The notes under the pieces: model-generated | The model's input: the letters and a program-made list of their open reading frames with translations, nothing else | The model's database searches: none | Told to the model about the DNA's origin: nothing | DNA from: an uncultured Alphaproteobacteria bacterium | Lineage (GTDB): Bacteria > Pseudomonadota > Alphaproteobacteria > RF32 > CAG-239 | DNA length: 64,000 bases | Reading direction: 5' to 3' | Assembly: GCA_944393225.1 (NCBI GenBank) | Contig: CALXZK010000001.1 | Span: forward strand, 109,522 to 173,521 | Part shown: positions 34,818 to 44,486 of the stretch, in pieces | Position numbering within the stretch: the stretch's first letter is position 1 | Layout of the letters: every line of letters starts with the position of its first letter | Made by a program: the position numbers and the translations under genes

Positions 34818-36686
34818 ATGAATATTTCCGTTTATGCTATTTCTAACAGAATTGAATACTGCCGGATCGCTTAAGTCTAAAGTTTTTGCTTTTTTATTGT
34901 TATCAGCTGTAACTTTACCTTTATTATCCAACTCAACGGCATTCATCAAATCATTATCCTTTTCATGCCCCATGCTGGTATCTACTGCTTCCAAAGGAAC
35001 ACTTGATTTTGGTGTATCAACAGTTCTGGTCGGAGCGTTGGGCAAATTCTCATAAGGATTAGCTTCCGGAATCGGTTGCAATCTATGATCTTCTTGAACA
35101 GGACCAAACTTCGGTACATTGACTGTTTTTACAACCTTAGGAACAATAACTGGTTGTTTTTCAACAGGTTTAACTGGAGTTTTCTTAACCGGTGTTTTCT
35201 TAACCGGAGTCTTTTTCTTAACAACTGGTTTCGGTTGCGGTTTGTTTTGCTCTTCGCAATCTTTCAAACCTTGAGCCAAACCATCCATATAACCATCATT
35301 ATATTTTTCATTAATCAGACGAGAAACCTCATCACAATCGGTCATGCTCTTCTTATCAACTTGTTCTTGCAAGTCTTTGATGTTCTTTTCAAGTTTTTCT
35401 TGATTTTGACAGCTACGAACACCAATCATACCCAACAAAGCAATACCGGCAACAACGGCTGCATCGCGAACTTTTTTCCACCAAGGACGTTTCGGAGCCT
35501 CGACAACTTTCTTCTCAGTACCTTGATTTTGAACCGGAGGAATGTTGCCACCGTTATTTCCTTTTGTATTGGCTATACCTTGGGTATTATTTTTTCCACC
35601 TAAAACAACCGGAATCGGTGCTACGACAGTCTTGCCTTTTTTATCTTCTTGTTTGTTTGCCGGAGCTGCTTCTTGTGAGGCTTGCGGCAAAATAACGGCT
35701 GCAGCTCTATCTTCTTTTTCCGGATTTTCGTTAGCAACTTCAATACCACTCATGGTATATAAATTTTCTGCCAAGGCATTGATTGTGGCAATGTCTTTAA
35801 CATCTTTAACCATGTCTTTCAAAGCGGCGAAGTCAAAACCTTCCGGCAAGTTGCCAATCGGTTCCATGTTGTTTTTAGCACAAGCAATCAAAATTTTGTT
35901 GCGCAAAACCGGATCTTTTACATTATCTTTAATGCGGATTTTGGCTTTCGGATTTGAGGTTTTAGCTTTTTTGATAATCAAATCATAAATAGCATAAGCT
36001 TCTGTATTATTTTCTTTTTTAACAACATCAAAACCTTTATTACCATGATCAATTCCGGTAAATACTGTTTTATTATCTTTTTGAGCGTCTACCTTTAAGC
36101 TATTGTCTTTCAAAGGTTGAACAACATATTTAACGCCATTGTTACCGTTATTAAAGTTGTTCCAAAATTCTTGAGATTTTTTTACATCATCGCTTAAATT
36201 TGTAGTATTATTACTGATTTCTTTGCTGAAATCGCGATCTTTTTGTTGGCCAAGATTATATTGTTTGCCAACGTTCAATTCGTTCATACGAACGATACCA
36301 TTTGCAAGCAAGAAATCCATCTCACCTTTAGTCAACTCATCAAAATGATATTGTCCGTTGTTTTCAACTGCACGGCTCATAATTTCTTCGGCATTATAAA
36401 GTTTGTTTTTCGTACGAGCGCGAAGTTCTCTGTTATATTCATTGCGTGCTTCCAAAGCTAAAGCTTTTTCTTCTTCAGTATATTTATCGCTGTTTTTGAT
36501 TTCTGCATATGTTGTATTATTGATGGCAATACCTAACATATTGTCATATTGAACAGAAAGGAGACCGGCTGCTTTGACGGCCTTACGCAGGTTGTTCAGC
36601 TCGACAGTATTCATTTTGACAATACTGTCACTGTTCAATACTGCTTCAAGCTCTTCTTTAGTCATTTCATTAAAATTTTGTGCCAT
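34815..36686 (-). CDS. hypothetical 623-aa bitopic membrane protein with Pro/Lys tandem repeat
   Basis: No assignable domain. One TM helix (WWKKVRDAAVVAGIALLGMIGV, about residues 410-430). The C-terminal side carries KPQPKPVVKKKTPVKKTPVKKTPVKPVEKQP. Confidence 0.6.
   Translation of the reverse strand: MAQNFNEMTKEELEAVLNSDSIVKMNTVELNNLRKAVKAAGLLSVQYDNMLGIAINNTTYAEIKNSDKYTEEEKALALEARNEYNRELRARTKNKLYNAEEIMSRAVENNGQYHFDELTKGEMDFLLANGIVRMNELNVGKQYNLGQQKDRDFSKEISNNTTNLSDDVKKSQEFWNNFNNGNNGVKYVVQPLKDNSLKVDAQKDNKTVFTGIDHGNKGFDVVKKENNTEAYAIYDLIIKKAKTSNPKAKIRIKDNVKDPVLRNKILIACAKNNMEPIGNLPEGFDFAALKDMVKDVKDIATINALAENLYTMSGIEVANENPEKEDRAAAVILPQASQEAAPANKQEDKKGKTVVAPIPVVLGGKNNTQGIANTKGNNGGNIPPVQNQGTEKKVVEAPKRPWWKKVRDAAVVAGIALLGMIGVRSCQNQEKLEKNIKDLQEQVDKKSMTDCDEVSRLINEKYNDGYMDGLAQGLKDCEEQNKPQPKPVVKKKTPVKKTPVKKTPVKPVEKQPVIVPKVVKTVNVPKFGPVQEDHRLQPIPEANPYENLPNAPTRTVDTPKSSVPLEAVDTSMGHEKDNDLMNAVELDNKGKVTADNNKKAKTLDLSDPAVFNSVRNSINGNIH
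35170..35225 (-). repeat. in-frame 15-bp tandem repeat (about 3 units) encoding (KKTPV)n
   Basis: cttaaccgg(t/a)g(t/)tttt units are visible on the plus strand. Confidence 0.8.
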
Positions 36687-36891
36687 TTTTTCCCCCGAAA
36701 AAATATTGTTTTCTTAAATTTATCTGTACTTTACCATATTTTTTTCATAAAAACAACCCTGTTTTTTGTCAAATTTGACTAAAATATACATAATCTTGTA
36801 ATTGTCAAAAAACTGTAACATTGTATTTTATATTAAAGCTAGACTCTCTGTTAGAGCCCAGCTTTAAGACATAATTTTTAAATAATGGTTA

Positions 36892-39800
36892 TCAGGACAG
36901 TTCTTTTCCTTTTGTTTGAACCATCGTTTGAGTATTTAATGTGGTTTGTTTAACTTCTGAGTGACTTGTAGGAGATACTGTTCCGCGCAACTCACTAACC
37001 ACACGACCGGCTGACGGTTTTGTTGCTTTATGTTCTGTTGTTTGAGCTTCTTGTGTATTTTCTGCCGGTTGTGCTTCTTGTTGCGGGTTCATCATATCTT
37101 GAACAGAATGCAACAACTCACTGTTAACAACATTGCTTTGTCCAGGCAGTCTTTCTTCGGCTTCGATACTTAAACCTTCACCTCTTTTGACGGCTTTTTC
37201 ATCAGCTTTGCTTTCTTTTTCCAGATTTTTCAAATCTTCACGCAATTGCTCATTTTCTTGAATGCGATTTTGTAAATCTGCTTCGTTTTGATGAGCTTGC
37301 TGATACATATCTCGAATGTTAAGCAAATTTTGTGCTTCCGGAGGTAAGGTTGACGTATCTTCCGGTAAATTATTAATATTAATTCCCATCGCAGCCAAAT
37401 TTTTGTTTACATCAAACTCACTTATACCAAAGTTTTGTTCAATGGTTTCATAAGCTTTGTTACGATTATCAAAGGCTTTTTCATCTTGTTTGATTTGATC
37501 TTTCAACTCAGAACGAGCTTCTTTGATTTCTCTTTGTTCCAAATCTAAGCTTTCTTTGTCAAACTTTTGCTCAAGTTTTGCAACTTCTTTTTGCAGTTTT
37601 TCATTGTTTGGATCTTGAGCCAATGCTTCTTTGGCAGCATCTAACTTAGATTTTGCTTCGATTACATCTTCTTTGGCATGGCGCATACGACGACCATCAT
37701 CTTCATTTTCTCTGGTAGCTGCAGCCAACTCTTGTTCCTCTCCTTGATTATGCAAGGCAGTAATTTTTTCAGCGACAGCTAAGTTATCACCTTTTGCCAA
37801 AGCATCTTTAATGTCTTGCAAATGAGATTGTGCCAAACCTTCAACCGAGGCTCTGACTTCCGGATTGTTCATATCTTCGCCTTTGCTGATAATCTTTAAG
37901 ATTTCATCATAAGCGCGCTGATCTTCAGGAGACATTTGAGGTGCCTCAGGTTCTTTATTTTCAGGCTGATTATTTTCAGGTTGCTTATTGTCCGGCTCTT
38001 TATTATCACCTTCATCAATATGAGCTTCTTTAGCAGCAGCTGCTTTAGCCAGATTCTCGTAATATTCTTTTAATTCGGCATCAATGATATGACCCTCTGC
38101 GTCAAACTCTCTTGTAGCCAATCCATGAATGTCTTTTAATTGCTCATCATTAAATTGACCATTTTCCATCATTTCTCTTAATTGGGCTGATGAATAATCT
38201 GTTCCTCCTAAAAGAGCATTAACTTTTGCCGGATCTGCATCCATCAAACGGCCTAACTGAGTTTCGTTTGCTGTTGCCCAGCCTTGACCGCGGTCGGCAT
38301 CATATACATCTGAGATACCATCATTATCTTTATCTTGCATAACCTCTTGTGCGGCATCAAACTCTTGCGGATGCATATTGATATAATTTTGCATGGCTTG
38401 CGGATCCATCTGAGCAATTGCATCAGGACTTAAACCCATATGAGCCAAGGTATGAGACATTTCTTCCGGTGTCATTTGTTGGCTATCCGGTGTTGGAGCA
38501 TGCGGGCTTTCTCCGGTAACACCATCGACAGTATCTGCTTTGGCTTCAGCTATTCCGGCCGTGAGAGCAGAACCTGCGGCGATACCAATTGCAGCCTCTA
38601 CGGTACGAGACCATCCTTCTTTGGCTTTGTCCCAATCTGCTTTAGCACCTTCTTTATCCTTTGAAACAAATCTCTTCCAACCGGCTTTTACCGTATCAAC
38701 CATTGCCGGAACAGCTTTACTACCAACAGACAATACTCTTGAAGCTGTTCTTAATGCCGGTTGAAGTCTAGCTGCTACTTCTTGACCTCCGGCTCCCATA
38801 CCTAATGCAGCACCTGCCATTGCCAAACCACTCATTGTAAAGGACAATGCTACTTTACCTTTATTGGCTTTGGCATATTGCCAGAAACTCATATTATTCT
38901 TTTTAGCTTCCTCTTGCAAAGATTTGGTTGAATCATAGGCGCTCTTTACGGCAAAAGCAGCCATAGCAAACGGAGCTGCCGGACCAGACATCGCGCCGAT
39001 GGCTGAATAAACGGCAACATTTTTAATGCTTTTCCAAGCAGCTTTAGCATAACGCTTTGCTGTTACATATTTTTTGCCATATTTTTCTGTCATTGCCGCA
39101 TCGAAAGCATTGATCTTTGCTTCCATTTTTTGAACTGCCGGAATGGATTTGAATTTTGCCTTAATTCTATCTTTTAATTTTGTTGCTCCGGCAGAGCTAT
39201 TGGCTGTCACAGCCATCACAGCAGAACGACTTGTTTTTTGCGGATTGTTTACAGCTTGGGCAAATTTTTCGGAAATTTGCTCTTTGGTCATGCCTTTTTT
39301 GAAATCAGAGGCATAGGCTGCAGCAACAACATTTCTTTGCAAAGCTTCTTTAAAGTGTGAATAATAAAGTTTTTTTACATCTTCAGGATTACCGTTACCT
39401 GCTGCGCGAGCATAGGTTTCGGCTTCCAATTGTGCGGCATAAATCAAATCAGAACGAGCTGAATTTTGCTCTTCTTCCGATAAATCTTTACCTTTATCAT
39501 CCGTAATGGTTAAATTTTTAAGAGCTGTGACCTCATCGGCAAATTCTTTATTGACCAAATTGCCATTGGCATCAAGAGCCAAAGGATGCGGCATATTATC
39601 CATAATTTGATCATTCTTTTCCAATTGCTCTTGGGTTACTTTGTCGATGCCAGCTTCTTTATCAAACTTGTTTAATTCTGCTTGGTCTTCCGGTGTGTTT
39701 TCTACAGCTTCAATTGCTTGTTCTTCTTCCGGTGTGAGAGCTACTTCATCTTCTTTATCTTCTTTGTTTTCTTCAGCCGTTGTTTCATCTACTTTATCTT

Positions 39801-40359
39801 CTTTGTTTTCTTCAGCTGTTGTATCTTCTACTTTATCTTCTGTTTCATTTGCGGCGGTTTGAGATTCCGGTTGAACATTTTCTGCAGTTTGTTGTTGAGT
39901 GGCTTCTTGTTCTCTGTTTTTTAAGATTTCTTGTTCATAGGCTACACCGGCATCCAAAGCGACATCCAAATCTTCCTTGCTGTATGAAGGATCTTTCATC
40001 ATGGCTTCTAAGGCGGCTTCATTGAGCTGTTCAGGTGTTAAAGAAGCTTTTTGAGCTTGTGCTTTGGCTAAAACTTCTTTAGCCATATCTGCTTGAGCCG
40101 AAAAACTACTAACGGCACCAGCCATGGCAATAACATTATCCAAATCGCCAAGTTCAAAGCTATCTAACTTACTATAAGCTTCCAAACGACTTTGCATCTC
40201 AGTAGTAACAATTTCTGCAGCTGTTTTATCATCTTGCGTTGCGCCTTCCTTACTGCTTTCTGCCTGCAAAAGTTTATTCATACGCAAGATTTCTGCATCT
40301 GAAAGTTTATCTACATCAAAAATTTTATTTTGTGCTTCTTCTAATGTCATTTCAGCCAT
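36892..40359 (-). CDS. hypothetical 1155-aa acidic protein with a central Gly/Ala-rich hydrophobic block and coiled-coil arms
   Basis: No catalytic motif. Contains a 13-aa tandem repeat (EDKV[ED][DE]TTAEENK), a hydrophobic centre (NVAVYSAIGAMSGPAAPFAMAAFAV; VALSFTMSGLAMAGAALGMGAGG; AAIGIAAGSALTAGIA), a DKDNDGISD calcium-loop-like motif, an EPDNKQPENNQPENKEPE repeat, and long E/K/Q-rich helical segments. Confidence 0.6.
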   Translation of the reverse strand: MAEMTLEEAQNKIFDVDKLSDAEILRMNKLLQAESSKEGATQDDKTAAEIVTTEMQSRLEAYSKLDSFELGDLDNVIAMAGAVSSFSAQADMAKEVLAKAQAQKASLTPEQLNEAALEAMMKDPSYSKEDLDVALDAGVAYEQEILKNREQEATQQQTAENVQPESQTAANETEDKVEDTTAEENKEDKVDETTAEENKEDKEDEVALTPEEEQAIEAVENTPEDQAELNKFDKEAGIDKVTQEQLEKNDQIMDNMPHPLALDANGNLVNKEFADEVTALKNLTITDDKGKDLSEEEQNSARSDLIYAAQLEAETYARAAGNGNPEDVKKLYYSHFKEALQRNVVAAAYASDFKKGMTKEQISEKFAQAVNNPQKTSRSAVMAVTANSSAGATKLKDRIKAKFKSIPAVQKMEAKINAFDAAMTEKYGKKYVTAKRYAKAAWKSIKNVAVYSAIGAMSGPAAPFAMAAFAVKSAYDSTKSLQEEAKKNNMSFWQYAKANKGKVALSFTMSGLAMAGAALGMGAGGQEVAARLQPALRTASRVLSVGSKAVPAMVDTVKAGWKRFVSKDKEGAKADWDKAKEGWSRTVEAAIGIAAGSALTAGIAEAKADTVDGVTGESPHAPTPDSQQMTPEEMSHTLAHMGLSPDAIAQMDPQAMQNYINMHPQEFDAAQEVMQDKDNDGISDVYDADRGQGWATANETQLGRLMDADPAKVNALLGGTDYSSAQLREMMENGQFNDEQLKDIHGLATREFDAEGHIIDAELKEYYENLAKAAAAKEAHIDEGDNKEPDNKQPENNQPENKEPEAPQMSPEDQRAYDEILKIISKGEDMNNPEVRASVEGLAQSHLQDIKDALAKGDNLAVAEKITALHNQGEEQELAAATRENEDDGRRMRHAKEDVIEAKSKLDAAKEALAQDPNNEKLQKEVAKLEQKFDKESLDLEQREIKEARSELKDQIKQDEKAFDNRNKAYETIEQNFGISEFDVNKNLAAMGININNLPEDTSTLPPEAQNLLNIRDMYQQAHQNEADLQNRIQENEQLREDLKNLEKESKADEKAVKRGEGLSIEAEERLPGQSNVVNSELLHSVQDMMNPQQEAQPAENTQEAQTTEHKATKPSAGRVVSELRGTVSPTSHSEVKQTTLNTQTMVQTKGKELS
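39754..39850 (-). repeat. in-frame 39-bp tandem repeat (2.5 units) within the 1155-aa gene
   Basis: Units start at 39754, 39793 and 39832 (tttatcttctttgttttcttcagc[ct]gttgt...). Confidence 0.85.
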
Positions 40360-40508
40360 AATACACCTCGAATAAAATGTTCATTTTGTTTTATCATAGC
40401 GCAATTTTAGACTTTTTACAATAGTTTTTGTCTAAATTTTCGCAAGATAACAAAAAACGTAATCTTTTTTGATTTGAATTTTACTCTATTAATAGTTAAA
40501 AAAGGCAT

Positions 40509-40541
40509 AAAAAAAACGCCGCTTTTCTGCGGCGTTTTTCT
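40509..40541 (-). terminator. terminator of ileS
   Basis: Stem aacgccgc/gcggcgtt with a T-run on the minus strand (A8 on plus). Confidence 0.85.
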
Positions 40542-40556
40542 CTTTTGGCTTATAAT

Positions 40557-43500
40557 TTAAGCTACTTTTGCATCAAAGCAAATATTTTTGCCTTCAATTT
40601 CAGCTGTCGTGCCTTGATTTTGAGCTTTTTCAAACTTAACTGCCAAAACTTGTTCAGTTACATAAGCTTTGTTTTCGTCCAAAGCTTGAGCCAACTCAGC
40701 ATCTTCGGTTTGATAGCTCAACTCAATGCGGTCAGAGATGTTGAAGTCTTTATCTTTACGCAAGGTTTGAACTAAACGAACAAAGTCACGAGCCATACCT
40801 TCGCGGCGCAAAGCATCGGTTACGTTGGTATCCAAGGTAACAACGGCTTTGTTATCAGCAAAGGCTTGACCGGCAACGCCTTCTTTCATATTCAAACGAA
40901 CTTCAAACAAGTCTTTGGTCAAGGTCTTGCCGGCAATATTTAATGTACCATCAGCATTCAATTCCCATTTGCCTTGTTTGTAAGCACCCATTACAGGTCC
41001 CATATCTTTGCCCAAAGCTTTACCCAAAAGCGGGGTATACAAATATACGCTCTTGTCAGCATAGTTAGCCAAGTTATTGTCCAACTTAACTTCTTTGACA
41101 TTCAATTCATCTTTGATGATGTCTTGATACTCAGCACCGATAAAGTCTAAGTCTTTACCAACTACGGTCAAGCTTTGCAACGGCAAGCGGTTGCGCAAGT
41201 TCTTTTCTTCGCGAATGAACTTAGCGGCAGAGCATAAGTCTTGTAAGAAGTCCATTTCTTTGACCAACTCATCATCCAATTTGATTTCGGTCAAAGTAGG
41301 ATAATCGGTCAAATGAACGGACTCTTCACCTGTCAATGTTTTGAAGACATATTCTGAAACAAACGGCATCAACGGAGCCACAATCTTGCTTAAACTTACC
41401 AAAACCGTGTACAAAACATCAAAGGCTTGTTTGTCACCTTCCCAGAAACGATCACGCGTACGGCGAATGTACCAGTTGTTCAAAATTTCCATAAAGGAAG
41501 TTACTTCATTAGTTGCCATTGCCACATCATAAGTATCAAGTCCTTGTTTAACAATTTGGCTTAATCTCTTCAATTTTGACAAGATGTAATTATCAATAGC
41601 CTCGTTTGAAGAATAAACTTCTTTAGCCTTATATCCTTCAGCATTGGCATACAATGTGAAGAAGTAGAATGCGTTCCACAACGGAATCAAAGCAGCACGT
41701 GCAGCTTTGGCAATCTCTTTTCCTTCTTTATCGACGGCTAAGTTACCACCTTTTAATACCGGAGAAGATACCAAGAACCAGCGCAAAACATCTGAACCGA
41801 TAGTTTCCAAAACCTCATTCGGGTCAGGATAGTTTTTCAAACGTTTTGATAACTTTTGTCCGCCTTCAGCCATCAACAAACCGGTGCAGATGCAGTTTTT
41901 GAATGCCGGACGATTGTGCAAAGCGGTAGATAATACGGTCAAGGTATAGAACCAACCACGAGTTTGATCCATAGCTTCGACAATGAAATCTGCCGGGAAA
42001 TGGCTTTCAAACCATTCTTTGTTTTCAAACGGATAGTGGACCTGAGCATAAGGCATTGAACCTGATTCAAACCAGCAGTCAAACACATCTGATACGCGGT
42101 GCATCATAGTTTTGCCTGACGGGTCATCCGGGTTGGGATAAACCACATCATCAATGTATGGTTTATGCAAATTTTTAACTTCAATACCTGTTTTTTCTTT
42201 AATTTCAGCAACAGAGCCGAAAACATCCACTCTCGGGAATTGCGGATTGTCAGATTTCCATACCGGAATTGGGGTACCCCAGAAACGGTTACGAGAAATA
42301 GACCAGTCTCTGGCACCTTCCAACCATTTGCCGAAACGACCGTCTTTAATGTGTTCCGGAACCCAATTGATTTGTTGGTTGTTTTTAACCATTTCATCTC
42401 TGAAATCGGTTACGCGAACAAACCAAGAAGACATAGCTTTGTAAATCAACGGAGTATCTGTTCTCCAGCAGAACGGATAAGAGTGGGTATATTGTTCTTT
42501 TTTAACCAAGATGCCGCGTTCTTTTAACAATTGCATAATCGGCTCATTGGTTTCAAAAACTTGTTTACCTTCATAGTCAGGAACTTCAGAGGTGAATTTA
42601 CCAGCTTCATCAACCGGACAAACAACCGGGAAGTTTTCATCATATGCACGGCAAGCATCAAAGTCGTCTTGACCGAAACCGGGAGCGATGTGAACGATAC
42701 CGGTACCGTCTTCGGTAGAAACAAACTCACCGCTCAAAACTTTGAATGCACCCTTGTCTTTCAAATGTTTGAAATATGGGAACATCGGCTCATAGCTCAT
42801 GCCAACCAAGTCTTTACCTTTCATAGAGCCAACTTTGGTAGCATGTTCTAATTGTTTTTTGTATCTGCCGAGCAGAGCTTCTGCCAAGATGTATTTTTGA
42901 CCATCTTCTTCCATAACGGCATAGTCAATATCCAAACCAACGGCCAACATCAAGTTTGAAGGCAAGGTCCAAGGGGTGGTTGTCCAAACCAAAATGTTCA
43001 TGCCGTTTTCCAGTTTGAACATAACGGTGATGGCGTTATCGGTTTTATCTTGATAACCTTGGTTTACTTCAAAGTTAGACAACGGAGTTTCTGCTGCCCA
43101 AGAATATGGCAAAACGCGATAATCTTCATATACCAAACCTTTTTCATAAAGTTGTTTGAAATTATTGATAACGCTTTCCATAAACGGCAAGTCCATGGTT
43201 TTGTAATCATGGTTAAAGTCAACCCAACGACCGATACGTTTGAACATCTCAACCCAGATACCGGAGTATTTCAAAACATCGGAACGGCAAAAGTCATTGA
43301 ACTTTTCAACGCCGAATTGTTCAATTTGTTTTCTACCAGATACGCCCAATTGTTTTTCGGCAGACATTTCAGCCGGCAAACCATGGCAGTCCCAACCCAA
43401 GCGGCGTTCAACTTTTTTGCCGTTCATGGTTTGATAGCGGGCAACCACATCTTTAACATAAGAAACCATGATGTGACCATAGTGCGGTGTACCATTGGCA

Positions 43501-43655
43501 AACGGAGGACCGTCATAAAATACGAATTCAGCAGCGCCGTCACGATTGTGTACGGATTTTTCAAATGTGTTATCTTCTTCCCAGAATTTTAAAATTTCTT
43601 TTTCGACTTCTACAAAGTCAGGCTTTGCCTTTACATCAGCATAGAATTTTGTCAT
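40557..43655 (-). CDS. ileS: isoleucine--tRNA ligase, type 2 (eukaryote-like)
   Basis: 1032 aa. GPPFANGTPHYGH (HYGH variant of HIGH), KLSKRLKNYPDP (type-2 KMSKR form), CP1 editing domain, and no C-terminal CxxC zinc-finger tail. Confidence 0.95.
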   Translation of the reverse strand: MTKFYADVKAKPDFVEVEKEILKFWEEDNTFEKSVHNRDGAAEFVFYDGPPFANGTPHYGHIMVSYVKDVVARYQTMNGKKVERRLGWDCHGLPAEMSAEKQLGVSGRKQIEQFGVEKFNDFCRSDVLKYSGIWVEMFKRIGRWVDFNHDYKTMDLPFMESVINNFKQLYEKGLVYEDYRVLPYSWAAETPLSNFEVNQGYQDKTDNAITVMFKLENGMNILVWTTTPWTLPSNLMLAVGLDIDYAVMEEDGQKYILAEALLGRYKKQLEHATKVGSMKGKDLVGMSYEPMFPYFKHLKDKGAFKVLSGEFVSTEDGTGIVHIAPGFGQDDFDACRAYDENFPVVCPVDEAGKFTSEVPDYEGKQVFETNEPIMQLLKERGILVKKEQYTHSYPFCWRTDTPLIYKAMSSWFVRVTDFRDEMVKNNQQINWVPEHIKDGRFGKWLEGARDWSISRNRFWGTPIPVWKSDNPQFPRVDVFGSVAEIKEKTGIEVKNLHKPYIDDVVYPNPDDPSGKTMMHRVSDVFDCWFESGSMPYAQVHYPFENKEWFESHFPADFIVEAMDQTRGWFYTLTVLSTALHNRPAFKNCICTGLLMAEGGQKLSKRLKNYPDPNEVLETIGSDVLRWFLVSSPVLKGGNLAVDKEGKEIAKAARAALIPLWNAFYFFTLYANAEGYKAKEVYSSNEAIDNYILSKLKRLSQIVKQGLDTYDVAMATNEVTSFMEILNNWYIRRTRDRFWEGDKQAFDVLYTVLVSLSKIVAPLMPFVSEYVFKTLTGEESVHLTDYPTLTEIKLDDELVKEMDFLQDLCSAAKFIREEKNLRNRLPLQSLTVVGKDLDFIGAEYQDIIKDELNVKEVKLDNNLANYADKSVYLYTPLLGKALGKDMGPVMGAYKQGKWELNADGTLNIAGKTLTKDLFEVRLNMKEGVAGQAFADNKAVVTLDTNVTDALRREGMARDFVRLVQTLRKDKDFNISDRIELSYQTEDAELAQALDENKAYVTEQVLAVKFEKAQNQGTTAEIEGKNICFDAKVA

Positions 43656-43868
43656 TTGCCTATACCTTAATATATTTAAATTAACGGATTTTGTTTTGAT
43701 TGAGTGTTTTTTTGATTATGTGCAAGAAAGTATATCCCCTAAGGGATAATAATGAACGGAATATATATATTAAATTTGCACATTATATAAAGAATCTTTC
43801 AAAAAATTTATTTTTTCTGTGGGGTAATTTAGAACAGGAATCCTTGCGAGTCAAGAGGTTATAAACAC

Positions 43869-43897
43869 AAAAAAAAGCAGGTCTTTTACAACCTGCT
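43869..43897 (-). terminator. terminator of the 145-aa lipoprotein gene
   Basis: Stem agcaggt/acctgct with T8 on the minus strand. Confidence 0.8.
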
Positions 43898-43915
43898 TTT
43901 ACAGAATTCTTTTTC

Positions 43916-44353
43916 TTATTCAGCAACCAAAACGAACTTATATTGTTTATCATACTCTTTCACCAGCAGAGTTGCCGAATAGCGGCTCTCCACAATGATG
44001 TCTATATTATAAACAAATTGTTCGCTAAACGAATACTCCCATGGTTCTTCTTCATAGAAAATATTCCAAATGCTTTTTTCCGCATTGCCGGGAGCAAAAA
44101 CCAGCTCTCCTCCTTTAATTAACGGAAAACGAACGGTTACACGCTCAAATCCGTTATCTCTGTGTGTTATATAATAATTCCCGGTAATTCCGTTGTCCGG
44201 TGAAATTTTTACATAACTTACATTATCTTCCGTATACATAACATACGGAGTTTCTTCTTGAGGTTGGATATTATCCAACTCATCACTACAAGAAGATAAC
44301 ATAAACGCCGCTCCGCAGAGCAACAAAATGAAATAATAATAAATTGTTTTCAT
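43916..44353 (-). CDS. hypothetical lipoprotein
   Basis: Lipobox FMLSSC|S. 145 aa with no assignable domain. Confidence 0.6.
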   Translation of the reverse strand: MKTIYYYFILLLCGAAFMLSSCSDELDNIQPQEETPYVMYTEDNVSYVKISPDNGITGNYYITHRDNGFERVTVRFPLIKGGELVFAPGNAEKSIWNIFYEEEPWEYSFSEQFVYNIDIIVESRYSATLLVKEYDKQYKFVLVAE

Positions 44354-44458
44354 AATTAATTATAATTGGTTTAGATTGTAAAATAGCTCATTTAAGCCAA
44401 ACATTCAAGTTTAACAATTGAAATCGATATTAAATTCATAAAATTGTAACATAAAAAA

Positions 44459-44486
44459 AGAGGAAGACTCTCACGAGTATTCCTCT
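44459..44486 (-). terminator. strong hairpin terminator inside the 618-bp ORF-free gap
   Basis: Stem agaggaa-(g)-actc / gagt-(a)-ttcctct with a UCAC/GUGA loop. T7 follows on the minus strand and T4 on the plus strand. Confidence 0.75.

Noticed and set aside
43656-43915. A possible leader or attenuator upstream of ileS (hairpin tatccc-ctaa-gggata near 43733-43749; TTGACT-N17-TAAATT on the minus strand near 43830-43858).
   Set aside because: The promoter is plausible, but there are no T-box or other recognisable riboswitch features, and the single short hairpin is not followed by a U-run. The evidence is insufficient to call a regulatory element.
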